A DNA stretch of 38,332 nt from a virus, in the UHGV virus genome UHGV-1370146. One strand, 5' to 3'. The position numbers and the translations under genes were made by a program. Shown here piece after piece: positions 26,656-35,106 of the stretch. Below the pieces are notes generated by a model. The model was not told the DNA's origin and made no database searches. It saw only the letters and a list, made by a program, of their open reading frames with translations. How positions within the stretch are numbered: position 1 is the first letter of the stretch; every line of letters starts with the position of its first letter.

Positions 26656-27419
26656 TACCAGTCAAGCCCCGTTTCCGGAAGATCTTCGTCAGGAGTTGAG
26701 CGAGTATTTTTATAACCGGATTTGCTTTTTTCAAATTCAGAATCTAACTCTTTGACATCGGCCATATTTTTTACGCCTTTTGCTTCCCATTTTTTTAGGA
26801 TCCCCTCGGTGTATTTAAATGATCGGGATCCCTTTGATCGTTTGAGTGCTTCAACCAGCAATTCAGGTGAAAGGTCTTCGCACCAATACTGAATACTTTG
26901 AACATTGACTGAATTCAAAACGCCAAAAGTTTTTTCGTAAAGCTGAAAAATCTCTTTCATGATTTCATCCCCATCATGATGTATATTCTTTTCATTCTTA
27001 TAATTCTTATCATTCTTGTTTGTTGTCACTTGATTGTCAGTTGATTGACTAACGCTTGACAGTTGTTTGTCACTGCCCTGATAGTCAGACCAATTTTCTA
27101 TTGATATGACGCTGTATTTCGAGGTTGATTTGATTGTCAACATTTGCTCTGTTTCAAATTTCTTCAACCATCTCCATAGTGTTCTGTGTGAAATCAGCTT
27201 GTCACGCTTCGCCCCTTCGTTGAACTCTTTTGCTATTGCATAGGCTCCTGTGACGAATTGTCCGCTTGACAGCGACACTTCTTGTCCGTTAAACAAAAAT
27301 TTCCTTCCTTCGTGGCTGGCCTTCATTAAGCAAAGACACCAAAGCTTAAACATATCTGAATTTGTCCAGACGAATGAACCAGTCACTTTTCTATATAGTT
27401 TTATATAGCCTTGGTTCAT
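26655..27419 (-). CDS. DnaD-domain replication initiator / replisome organiser
   Basis: An N-terminal winged-helix-like region and a C-terminal DnaD-like segment (...IQYWCEDLSPELLVEALKRS...). Internal DNA repeats form a candidate origin. Confidence 0.65.
   Translation of the reverse strand: MNQGYIKLYRKVTGSFVWTNSDMFKLWCLCLMKASHEGRKFLFNGQEVSLSSGQFVTGAYAIAKEFNEGAKRDKLISHRTLWRWLKKFETEQMLTIKSTSKYSVISIENWSDYQGSDKQLSSVSQSTDNQVTTNKNDKNYKNEKNIHHDGDEIMKEIFQLYEKTFGVLNSVNVQSIQYWCEDLSPELLVEALKRSKGSRSFKYTEGILKKWEAKGVKNMADVKELDSEFEKSKSGYKNTRSTPDEDLPETGLDW
26985..27085. repeat. Iteron-like direct and inverted repeats inside the DnaD-like gene (candidate phage ori)
   Basis: Three tandem 9-mers tcattctta/taattctta/tcattcttg are followed by ttgtcacTTGATTGTCAgTTGATTGACtaacgcTTGACAgttgttTGTCActg. 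Confidence 0.4.
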
Positions 27420-27430
27420 TCGAGCACCAC

Positions 27431-28159
27431 CTAAGCTATATAGACAGGAACGCCAACGATTTGCTGGGTTTCTTCTTTGAATTGTTTTTCAACACTATTT
27501 GAATCTGAAAGATGGAGTAACCAGACTTCCTGCAACCGATCAGATTTATTTTTTTTGACGAACTCTTTCGTTCGATCAAAATCAAAATGACTTTCTAACA
27601 ATCGAGTTTTTCTTTTTAGATCAAATCCGGTCGTCATTTTCTCGTCGATCACGTCTTTTGAGTAATTAGCTTCAATCATCATGTGTGTTACATTGGGAAA
27701 CGTGTACTTCACGTAATATGAGTCAGTTACAAATACCATGCGATCTCCTGCCGTATTATCAATTAGAAATCCGCAAGGCTCTGCAGCGTCGTGTTCTGTT
27801 TTGAATGGTGTGACGTACCATGTTCCAATTTTTCTAGTCGATTTATAACCAAGCTCCGTAAACTGGTAGCTGTGGTGCCGCTCCAGCTTCAATAATCCAT
27901 CGTCAAACATGGCATTGATAGTTCCGTGAGTCGCGAATACTTCTAGCGAGACTTGATCAATCAACGGCTTCACATATTTACAATGATCGCGGTGTTCGTG
28001 GCTAATCAAACAGCCGGCCACACGAGAAAAATCAAATCGCATTGCTTGTTGAATTTTTTTAAACTGGACACCCGCCTCGATGATTAATTGAGTGATGCCA
28101 TCATCAATCAAATAACTGTTGCCTGAACTACCCGATCCAAAGCTTTTGATTTTAAGCAT
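27431..28159 (-). CDS. Metallo-beta-lactamase-fold hydrolase, possibly a nuclease
   Basis: The HxHxDH motif LISHEHRDH. The likely start is MLKIKSFGSGSSGN... (an internal Met that avoids overlap with the upstream gene). Confidence 0.7.
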   Translation of the reverse strand: MLKIKSFGSGSSGNSYLIDDGITQLIIEAGVQFKKIQQAMRFDFSRVAGCLISHEHRDHCKYVKPLIDQVSLEVFATHGTINAMFDDGLLKLERHHSYQFTELGYKSTRKIGTWYVTPFKTEHDAAEPCGFLIDNTAGDRMVFVTDSYYVKYTFPNVTHMMIEANYSKDVIDEKMTTGFDLKRKTRLLESHFDFDRTKEFVKKNKSDRLQEVWLLHLSDSNSVEKQFKEETQQIVGVPVYIA

Positions 28160-29219
28160 AAGGATCAACATCCTCTGGTTCATTGACAGTTGATACATCA
28201 GTGGCTTCAACTACAGCGTCTTGGATTTCTCCATCCTCAGTTACATTTTTAGGTCGCTCAATTTCTTGTGGAATCTCCGGGTCCAATATTTCTTTATTGG
28301 CATTCTCATTTATCTCTTCGATAATCTCAGCTTCTTTTCTAGAATAATTGTGAGTAGAAAAGTCATCGTCTACTGATTCAACGACAGATTGAATGTATGC
28401 ATTTGAAAAATCTTTTGGTATTTTTTTTACGACGTTATTTCTCATTTTTCGAACAATCATTGATTCTCTACTATGGGGATCTTTCCACGCTGGGCTAATA
28501 TTCCCAAGCGTCTGCATCTCTTCACTATCTAACACTTCATCGAGGGTGTGCTTATCAGCAAATTCTTTAATTTTACTTTTTTTATCTTTTTTATTTTTGT
28601 CCCACATTAAATTATTGAACATATGAGCAAGCAAATTTTTTTCTTTCACTTCTTCTCTCTCGGCAGTGAAATACTCTATTTGACCATCGTTATATTCAAT
28701 CGGATAGACTACTCGGATAACTTTGCCCGTGCCCTTGGGATTCCAAGTTGGCGGTGTTATTTCCATGCCGACGTGACCAGGAAAGGTAAAATCATCATTT
28801 TCTCGAACTTCCCAATGACGGTGAACCGTTTTAACTTCACGTCCGAAACGAGAAAGAATTGCATCATTTCCATCCCCTTCAATACCCATTTCAATAATTT
28901 GAATTTCTGTACCATTTTTATTTTTTTGTTTCCGTTTTATGAAATAAACCTCTCTTGGAGTAGCTGCAGCGTTCAATTGTAAAACTGCAACTTTCATCAA
29001 AATTTGAGTGATATTACTCTGGTCAATATCTCCGATGCGAATCCCTTCTTTGACAAGCATTTCATTAATAGAAGATAGGGCATTGATCACAACTGTTCGT
29101 TGGTACTCCGTCATGTGGATTCTATTGCCGCGAAGTTGGGTTTCGATCTGTGGCATATAGGTATCATTGATTTTTGCTAACTGCGATTTGAATATTTGTG
29201 GTGTATTTTGATTTGTCAT
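28152..29219 (-). CDS. RecT-like single-strand annealing protein with an acidic C-terminal tail
   Basis: 355 aa. The central region ...YFIKRKQKNKNGTEIQIIEMGIEG...RENDDFTFPGHVG... is reminiscent of the RecT core. The call is an inference. Confidence 0.5.
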   Translation of the reverse strand: MTNQNTPQIFKSQLAKINDTYMPQIETQLRGNRIHMTEYQRTVVINALSSINEMLVKEGIRIGDIDQSNITQILMKVAVLQLNAAATPREVYFIKRKQKNKNGTEIQIIEMGIEGDGNDAILSRFGREVKTVHRHWEVRENDDFTFPGHVGMEITPPTWNPKGTGKVIRVVYPIEYNDGQIEYFTAEREEVKEKNLLAHMFNNLMWDKNKKDKKSKIKEFADKHTLDEVLDSEEMQTLGNISPAWKDPHSRESMIVRKMRNNVVKKIPKDFSNAYIQSVVESVDDDFSTHNYSRKEAEIIEEINENANKEILDPEIPQEIERPKNVTEDGEIQDAVVEATDVSTVNEPEDVDPYA

Positions 29220-29422
29220 TATCTATTCTCTCCCCAAATTAATTTGTATTCGTTAGCTCCTTGGACGATGTAAACAGGACGGTGTGTTCGCCCGCTGGTT
29301 AAGTATTGCAATCCGAGTTCATCCATTCGCGACTCAACTTCATCGTGAATATCGTCCAATGAATCAAAGGTGCCGATTAAAATTTTTTCTCCGTAATCTT
29401 TTACATATGCGATAATTTCCAT
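29219..29422 (-). CDS. Hypothetical protein
   Basis: 67 aa ORF. Confidence 0.45.
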   Translation of the reverse strand: MEIIAYVKDYGEKILIGTFDSLDDIHDEVESRMDELGLQYLTSGRTHRPVYIVQGANEYKLIWGENR

Positions 29423-29424
29423 TT

Positions 29425-31377
29425 CTATACCTCTACTTTCAGTTTTTCGTCTTCAGTTACTTGTAGCTCAATCATTTGTCCTTCGATCGGTTGCAGGGTG
29501 TTAACTGACTCGGCGTTATCAACGAATACCGGCATAGTAATCCCAAGTTCGCGCGACAGCGTGCGAATGATATCTAAATCGCAATTGATTCGCGCTCCGT
29601 TGTTTAAGCCACTGCTGTACTCGATACCGTTGTATGTCGCTTCGCACATTTCTTTGATACCTTCATTTTTCTGAACATCGAATAGCTTCCACTTCACGAT
29701 CGAGAACAGTTCGTTGATTGATTCCTCAATCCGCTTCACTTTGCGGCGTGTGAATTCCTCGATGAGCCACAATTGTTTTTCGACTAATTGATTTTGATTC
29801 TTCAAGTCTTTGTCCTCGGTTTTTAACGTAGATAAACGATCATCGTAGCTTTTAACCGTTTCGAATTTCTGCAATTCTTGATTCAAACCAGCTAAAATCT
29901 GTTTGTCAGATTGAATGTCTGCAGATAATTTATCGACTTCTGCATTGGTATCTTTAGCAGCGGCGAGTTCCATCGCCTTTTCTAGTTGAGTGTTTTCAGC
30001 GATAATATTGCGATAGATCTGCGAGTCTTCGAAAACGCCCTGCTTGCTTTTTTGAAAAATCAGGTCGTTATTGATTTCATCTAAACGAGAATCAGAAGCT
30101 TGAAGTTGGTTTCTTTTCTCCGTGATTTCCTTTTGAAGAGGAATGATTTCAGCTTCTAATTTGTCCGCATCTTGTTTAGTGGCTTTGCCGATCTCAACAT
30201 TTTTCTCTAAACGATTGGCTTTATTCTTATTAAATTCAGAAACCATGTTTTCAATCTCGTTTGACGGTAAATTTTGACCACAAGTAGGGCATGTCTTTTG
30301 ATGCTCGTCAAAATTCAAAGCTTTGATTTCCTTGTATTTAGTTAGATGATCCTGTAGAAACTCTCGCTTTTCTTTCAGCGCCTCTTGCATCCGATACTCT
30401 TTGCTTTCTAAAGTCGATAAATCGGTTCGGAGCGAATTGACTAAGGCCTGCTGACTGTTAAAATCTTCTTGTAAGCTGGACGTTGCTGCAAAAACGTTCG
30501 TTTGAAATTTAGTCTTTTCATCGACTAGCTTGGCTCGAAGATCAGCCTGTTTCTGTTTCAGTCCGTTTAATTCATGATTTACTGTTCCGGCTTTGGCATC
30601 AATCAACCAAGATTCCTTTTCAGCGATCAAAGCGGCCATTTCATCGATATCTTTTTGAACAGCTTCTTTCGTCCGCCCCTCAATATTCAAGCTTGCTTTC
30701 ATGTCCGTGACTTCTTGAATCCGTGCTGGCATGCCGTCGATGTCTCGTTTGATTTCTTTCTTACGACCAGCAAGGATTTTCTTCATTTCGTCAATGCTAT
30801 GATCTCCGATGAAATCATTGATTTCTTTGAGTTGATCGTCTTCTTTGATGATCTGTTCATCTGTTAAATCAGTAAGATCAATCAACCGCTCGCGACGCTC
30901 TTTCCAGTTCAAAGACATAAAAAAAGACGAATTCGACAACATTTGCAGCGTCGGTTCCCCACCTAATTTTTCAAGATAAGCTTTCCAATCTTTCTCTTTG
31001 ACCGGCACAGCATCTATAAAGTATCTTGTGCTGTCACTACTACGAGTCTTTTCAAGCTCGCCTTTTTTAGCGGTCCATTTTTCTTCTTGGATTCGTTTGA
31101 GAACAGTCACTTTTCCATCGATGATCAATTCTGCTTCCACGGTAGGCTCTAAACCTAAAAGCTCTTGATTCTGCTTGTCTCGCGGTTTTGGGTTTAGCTT
31201 TGCTCCAGTGGAATCTTTTCCAAAGAATAGCCATTGAAGTCCATCTGCAAGGCTCGTTTTCCCTATTCCGTTCCGACCGCTTACTACCGCAGATGTGCCG
31301 TTCAATACGAGTTCAAAGTTTTCTAATCCTTTGAAATTCTTATAAGCAATCTTATTTATTGAAATCTCAGTCATCAA
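29425..31377 (-). CDS. SbcC/Rad50/SMC-like ATPase with a central coiled coil and a zinc hook
   Basis: N-terminal Walker A GRNGIGKTS. A long coiled coil contains CPTCGQ (CxxC hook) near its apex. The C-terminus has ...PVFVDNAES (Walker B / D-loop). Confidence 0.75.
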   Translation of the reverse strand: MMTEISINKIAYKNFKGLENFELVLNGTSAVVSGRNGIGKTSLADGLQWLFFGKDSTGAKLNPKPRDKQNQELLGLEPTVEAELIIDGKVTVLKRIQEEKWTAKKGELEKTRSSDSTRYFIDAVPVKEKDWKAYLEKLGGEPTLQMLSNSSFFMSLNWKERRERLIDLTDLTDEQIIKEDDQLKEINDFIGDHSIDEMKKILAGRKKEIKRDIDGMPARIQEVTDMKASLNIEGRTKEAVQKDIDEMAALIAEKESWLIDAKAGTVNHELNGLKQKQADLRAKLVDEKTKFQTNVFAATSSLQEDFNSQQALVNSLRTDLSTLESKEYRMQEALKEKREFLQDHLTKYKEIKALNFDEHQKTCPTCGQNLPSNEIENMVSEFNKNKANRLEKNVEIGKATKQDADKLEAEIIPLQKEITEKRNQLQASDSRLDEINNDLIFQKSKQGVFEDSQIYRNIIAENTQLEKAMELAAAKDTNAEVDKLSADIQSDKQILAGLNQELQKFETVKSYDDRLSTLKTEDKDLKNQNQLVEKQLWLIEEFTRRKVKRIEESINELFSIVKWKLFDVQKNEGIKEMCEATYNGIEYSSGLNNGARINCDLDIIRTLSRELGITMPVFVDNAESVNTLQPIEGQMIELQVTEDEKLKVEV

Positions 31378-31745
31378 AACTCCTCCTTCAAAATACTTTC
31401 AAGAGCTTTTTTGAAATCTTCTAGCGTTTCAATCACGAAAGTGTGCGCAGGCTTTTTCTGACTTTTTAAGTAGTCATCGTAACTGATTTCACCTGCAGCA
31501 ATTGCTCTTAACGCCGTGCAACCAGCGCAGTCGCAGCCGATAGAGTTTTTAGCGTCTCTAGACAATGAATCTTGAATTGCTAAGTAGTTAGCTGCTTGAC
31601 TCATTGAATTACCGACCGACAACACTTGCGTTTGTTCATTTTTTTCAGAACTCGTATAAGCCACTACCAATCCTGCCTTGGTTCCCTTTACTAACTGTTG
31701 AAGTTCTTCAATGTGTTGCTCGATCTTTTCATTATTGGTTTTCAT
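31374..31745 (-). CDS. Hypothetical protein
   Basis: 123 aa ORF overlapping the start of the ATPase gene. Confidence 0.5.
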   Translation of the reverse strand: MKTNNEKIEQHIEELQQLVKGTKAGLVVAYTSSEKNEQTQVLSVGNSMSQAANYLAIQDSLSRDAKNSIGCDCAGCTALRAIAAGEISYDDYLKSQKKPAHTFVIETLEDFKKALESILKEEF

Positions 31746-31759
31746 GTGTTAAACTCTCC

Positions 31760-32467
31760 TTAGATGTATTCCTTATTTTTGCTTATCTCGGCGGTATCCG
31801 AGGTAGGCTTTTTTTCTTTTTGTTTTCGTGCATAATACTTCATGCGATTAGTATCAATTTGAAACCAAATATCTGTAACTGCTTTTAGTCCTTCCGAAGA
31901 ATTCACACTAACTTTGGTTCTGTCTGGAAAAATATTGATATAGCCTTGCTTTCTTAATTTCCAAATAATGTGTTGTGTTTGCTTATAGCTAAGATTTAAG
32001 GCTCTAGCCATTTGTTTTGTATTTGACACATAACCATAAATGTCAAACTTGACTTCGGATAATACAAACTGTATTTCTTCATTTGTGTAAACGTGTCGTT
32101 TTCTATGTTTCAGTTTTCCTTCCTTCCGTAGTTTGCGAGCCCTATGAACCACTGAACTATATTTTTTTCCAAGAGCATCTGCAATTTCGGCGCCACGGCT
32201 TCCTTGTTTGATCATATTTATCAATATCTTGTCTTCTGTCTCTGTGAAGGTATCTAGAATCGGAGCGATTGGATCATCATAATAAATATCTGGGAGAATA
32301 CCGGAGCGTCTCAGATATCTGATTCTTGCATTCACTCGTTTTCGATTCATCCCCAACAACTTTTGAAGCTTTTTGCCATTGTTCATGTATCCACGCTCAT
32401 CAAAAGTAATGTTGTCTAAAAGCATCCGTGTTTCTTCTTTGGTCCATTTCTTAAACGTTTTCCCCAA
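31760..32467 (-). CDS. DNA-binding protein with three tandem HTH (sigma-region-4/Myb-like) repeats
   Basis: Three ~55-aa repeats each end in a basic helix (...RIRYLRRSG / ...RARKLRKEG / ...IIWKLRKQG). TTG start 8 nt after GGAGGTG. Confidence 0.55.
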   Translation of the reverse strand: MGKTFKKWTKEETRMLLDNITFDERGYMNNGKKLQKLLGMNRKRVNARIRYLRRSGILPDIYYDDPIAPILDTFTETEDKILINMIKQGSRGAEIADALGKKYSSVVHRARKLRKEGKLKHRKRHVYTNEEIQFVLSEVKFDIYGYVSNTKQMARALNLSYKQTQHIIWKLRKQGYINIFPDRTKVSVNSSEGLKAVTDIWFQIDTNRMKYYARKQKEKKPTSDTAEISKNKEYI

Positions 32468-32472
32468 AATGA

Positions 32473-32646
32473 TCACCTCCCAAAAAGTACAATGGCCAAT
32501 AAACAAGCAACAAAGATGATATTCGCGATCAAACTGACGTAGCCAATCAATTCGAGCCGTCTCAGCCGATACAGCGGATTGTTGGCTAACGTTGCTAACC
32601 CCTTTTTCGTAGACTCTTCTTTTAAATATTCAAAATCATTCCGCAT
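32473..32646 (-). CDS. Small predicted membrane protein of 58 aa
   Basis: RBS AAAGGAG 7 nt upstream of the ATG at 32646. The C-terminal TM segment is LIGYVSLIANIIFVACLLAIVLF. Its stop sits inside the RBS of the next gene. Confidence 0.35.
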   Translation of the reverse strand: MRNDFEYLKEESTKKGLATLANNPLYRLRRLELIGYVSLIANIIFVACLLAIVLFGR

Positions 32647-32648
32647 TA

Positions 32649-32936
32649 CTAAACTCCTTTCGTCTGATGGGAAAGCATAAATTCATCAATCGCTCTTTTG
32701 TCGTAACGTTTGTGTTTAGCGGCCGGTCCTAATTGGATTTCAGGTAAACCGTCTTTAACCAATCGATTAAAGTCATCTCCAGTGATCCCGCCGATGTATG
32801 CACGAGCATCTTTTTGCTGGAGATATCGGCATTCATCAGATTTTTCTTTTAGAAAAATTTGAAAAGCATCTCGAACGATTGAAACAATTGATTCCCGAAG
32901 TTTGTTCAAAAATTCTTCGCTTAAAATGTTTAGCAT
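32649..32936 (-). CDS. Hypothetical early protein (possibly DUF771-like)
   Basis: 95 aa ORF. Confidence 0.45.
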   Translation of the reverse strand: MLNILSEEFLNKLRESIVSIVRDAFQIFLKEKSDECRYLQQKDARAYIGGITGDDFNRLVKDGLPEIQLGPAAKHKRYDKRAIDEFMLSHQTKGV

Positions 32937-32973
32937 CGTTTATCCCTCCTATCTGATTTTTTGTTCCTACATT

Positions 32974-32982
32974 TGATATAAT
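32974..32982 (+). promoter_or_regulatory. Extended -10 promoter (TGaTATAAT) for the + strand small gene
   Basis: TG-N-TATAAT lies about 28 nt upstream of the GTG start. The RBS AAGTGAGGTG follows. Confidence 0.5.
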
Positions 32983-33009
32983 TCTCACTAGAAAGTGAGG
33001 TGAATTTTT

Positions 33010-33339
33010 GTGGATTGGTCCGTAATAATTACTTCTTTACTAACTGCTTGTGTTCCATCAGCTTTTGCTTATTTCACCGCTACCAAACAGTCACAAGCTA
33101 AGCTAAAGGAATTAGAATCAAATTTTAAAAACGAACTAGAAAAAATTGATAAGCAACACGAACACCAAATTGAATTACTAAACGTGCAATTCAATCAAGA
33201 AAATAAGAAAAATGAAAATGAGATAGTAAATAATCTTGCTACTGGCGTGATTAAGGGTGATTATGACCTAGAATCTCTTATCAAATTAGCCAATCAGGCT
33301 AAATCATTTTCAAATTCTAGCGACAAGACTAAGAGTTAA
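33010..33339 (+). CDS. Opposite-strand small membrane-anchored coiled-coil protein (moron-like)
   Basis: GTG start with a good RBS, an N-terminal TM helix and then a coiled coil. It has its own promoter and terminator inside the leftward early operon. Confidence 0.55.
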   Translation: MDWSVIITSLLTACVPSAFAYFTATKQSQAKLKELESNFKNELEKIDKQHEHQIELLNVQFNQENKKNENEIVNNLATGVIKGDYDLESLIKLANQAKSFSNSSDKTKS

Positions 33340-33402
33340 ACTACACGTTTTCACAGATTCGCTAACTACCATTAGTAAAATAGGATTATCAATCATAATT
33401 TC

Positions 33403-33460
33403 AGTAGGAATACTTACTAACATATCTAGGTGTTTGGTTAGTATTTCTACTGCTTTTTTA
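33403..33460 (+). terminator. Hairpin plus T-run after the small + strand gene
   Basis: Two stem segments of 8 bp and 7 bp, a 15-nt loop, then GCTTTTTT. Confidence 0.45.
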
Positions 33461-33501
33461 TTCTTTTCTTCTTCCAAAGTTTTTACCTCCTCATTTCAAA
33501 C

Positions 33502-33690
33502 TTATAAGCCAAATACTTTCAATAAATCGGCTAGAATTTCATGGGACTTGTCCGTTTGTCTGCGACCGGTTACCGCATCATATACTTCTTGTTTATTTTG
33601 GCTAACCATGTCCGCTAAAGTTTGGTACGAGTATCCTTTTTCGTTTTTATAATCTAAAATTTTTTCCCGTGCTGTCTTTGTTTCTGGCAT
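33502..33690 (-). CDS. Cro-like XRE-family HTH protein
   Basis: 62 aa. Starts MPETKTAREKILDYKNEKGYSYQTLADMVSQNKQ... with RBS GAAAGGAG. It is divergent from the cI-like gene. Confidence 0.7.
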   Translation of the reverse strand: MPETKTAREKILDYKNEKGYSYQTLADMVSQNKQEVYDAVTGRRQTDKSHEILADLLKVFGL

Positions 33691-33748
33691 ATTTATTCTC
33701 CTTTCAAAATATTCGTAAGCAAATAAGATAGCGATATACAAAATATTG

Positions 33749-33777
33749 TTGACATGCGTATACAAATATTCTACAAT
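33749..33777 (+). promoter_or_regulatory. Consensus sigma-A promoter TTGACA-17-TACAAT, rightward toward the repressor operon
   Basis: Exact hexamers at 33749..33754 and 33772..33777. Confidence 0.6.
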
Positions 33778-33884
33778 CGAAGCATAGCTAAATAAGCGTA
33801 GCAAAGCCTTTAAAAACGTTGGGGAACGGTCGCAAAGGTCTTTTTAGTTACTGCTTTTTGCTAACTAATTTGCTTACAAGAATC

Positions 33885-33912
33885 ATTATATACAAATATT
33901 CAGCGTTGTCAA
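33885..33912 (-). promoter_or_regulatory. Consensus promoter TTGACA-16-TATAAT, leftward toward cro (face-to-face with the rightward promoter)
   Basis: tgtcaa at 33907..33912 and attata at 33885..33890 on the + strand. Confidence 0.55.
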
Positions 33913-33970
33913 CTAAATTCGTAGAATTTTTGTATACATTCTTTCTTGTATTTAAGAAAGGTTGATATAA

Positions 33971-34348
33971 GTGGAGTTGTATGAACGAATAAAAGAACTC
34001 GCAGCTAATAAAAAAATATCGATTAGACAGCTCGAGGAAACGCTCAAATTTGGTAATGGCACAATCAACCGCTGGAGGACTAACACTCCAGGAATTGATA
34101 AAATCCAAAAAGTCGCTGATCATTTTGACGTCTCTGTAGATTACCTTTTAGGCAGAACTGATGATCCAAAACTAAATACCGGCAATGTCGAAAATGAAGA
34201 TGATTATGAACAAGAACTTATTATGATGTTCCGTAAAGGAGAAAAAGAAGTCGCTCCTGAAAAACGCGATCTTTACAGAAAACAAACAAAGGATTTGATG
34301 AGCTTCATCTCTAAAACTATGAAAGAACTAGATGAGGAAAATGAATAA
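33971..34348 (+). CDS. XRE-family CI-like repressor (ImmR-like)
   Basis: N-terminal HTH (KKISIRQLEETLKFGNGTINRWRTNTPGIDKIQKVADHFDVSVDYLLG). GTG start. It sits upstream of the ImmA-like gene. Confidence 0.8.
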   Translation: MELYERIKELAANKKISIRQLEETLKFGNGTINRWRTNTPGIDKIQKVADHFDVSVDYLLGRTDDPKLNTGNVENEDDYEQELIMMFRKGEKEVAPEKRDLYRKQTKDLMSFISKTMKELDEENE

Positions 34349-34364
34349 CTTGGGAGTGTAGTCG

Positions 34365-35039
34365 TTGGAAGATTTAAAAGGCAACCGATTGACCTTGAGC
34401 AATTTATTAGTAAACCAGTTTTTGTTGAAGAAAAATATTAAACCTGAAGAATATGTATTTTCCGAGTTCGTTTCGGATTTCATAAAAACGAACGGAATAA
34501 AAGTTGTCACTCAAATACCAGCTATTGATGAAGATTTCTTTCTTGGGGTTACAGTTAGAAGTAAGAAAAGTATTTGCATATTCTTGAACCCTAACGTGTA
34601 TAAACGCCGAGCAAATTTTAGTTCATGCCACGAAATCGCTCATTGTCTATTTGATATGAACATGAAAAAGAAAACTCAGCAATTTTTTAATATTGACAAC
34701 AACCCTTCTTTTTATGCTGATGATGATTGGCAACTTGAATTGTTGGCAAATAGTTCCGCTGGGATAATTATGCTCCCAGATATTAAATTAGTTAACTATA
34801 TGAAATCAAACAAATCTTTCTACTTAATTGCGGATGAATGTCAGATGAGTAAATCAGCTTTATACAATCGCTTGTTAGATTTCGGCGTATACGGTTGCGG
34901 AATGAGCGAAGCAACCGCCATACAAGCAGTAAGGCTGTTGCAAGATACAGGTGATCGTTCTCTATTCCGAATGTTTCTAAATGGAGTACATTCTAATCGT
35001 GAAAAACAAATAATTTACGACTACGAGAACTCCATATAA
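34365..35039 (+). CDS. ImmA/IrrE-family HEXXH zinc metalloprotease (anti-repressor protease)
   Basis: The motif HEIAHCLFD. It is co-directional with and immediately downstream of the repressor. Confidence 0.8.
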   Translation: MEDLKGNRLTLSNLLVNQFLLKKNIKPEEYVFSEFVSDFIKTNGIKVVTQIPAIDEDFFLGVTVRSKKSICIFLNPNVYKRRANFSSCHEIAHCLFDMNMKKKTQQFFNIDNNPSFYADDDWQLELLANSSAGIIMLPDIKLVNYMKSNKSFYLIADECQMSKSALYNRLLDFGVYGCGMSEATAIQAVRLLQDTGDRSLFRMFLNGVHSNREKQIIYDYENSI

Positions 35040-35106
35040 AAAAGCCCGTGCTAGCACACGGACTAAACCCATTTCTGAGCTACATAACAAAAATATTATA
35101 TCAGAA

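Larger units (their letters stand above)
33734..33941. repeat. Operator-like repeats (A/G)TATACAAA(A)TATT x3 plus the palindrome TGTATACA
   Basis: Copies lie at 33734-47, 33758-70, 33886-900 and 33931-38. They overlap the -35/spacer/-10 regions of the two promoters. Confidence 0.5.

Noticed and set aside
35041-35070. Short hairpin CCGTG-ctagca-CACGG after immA
   Set aside because: It has only a 5-bp stem and no T-tract, so it was judged too weak to call.
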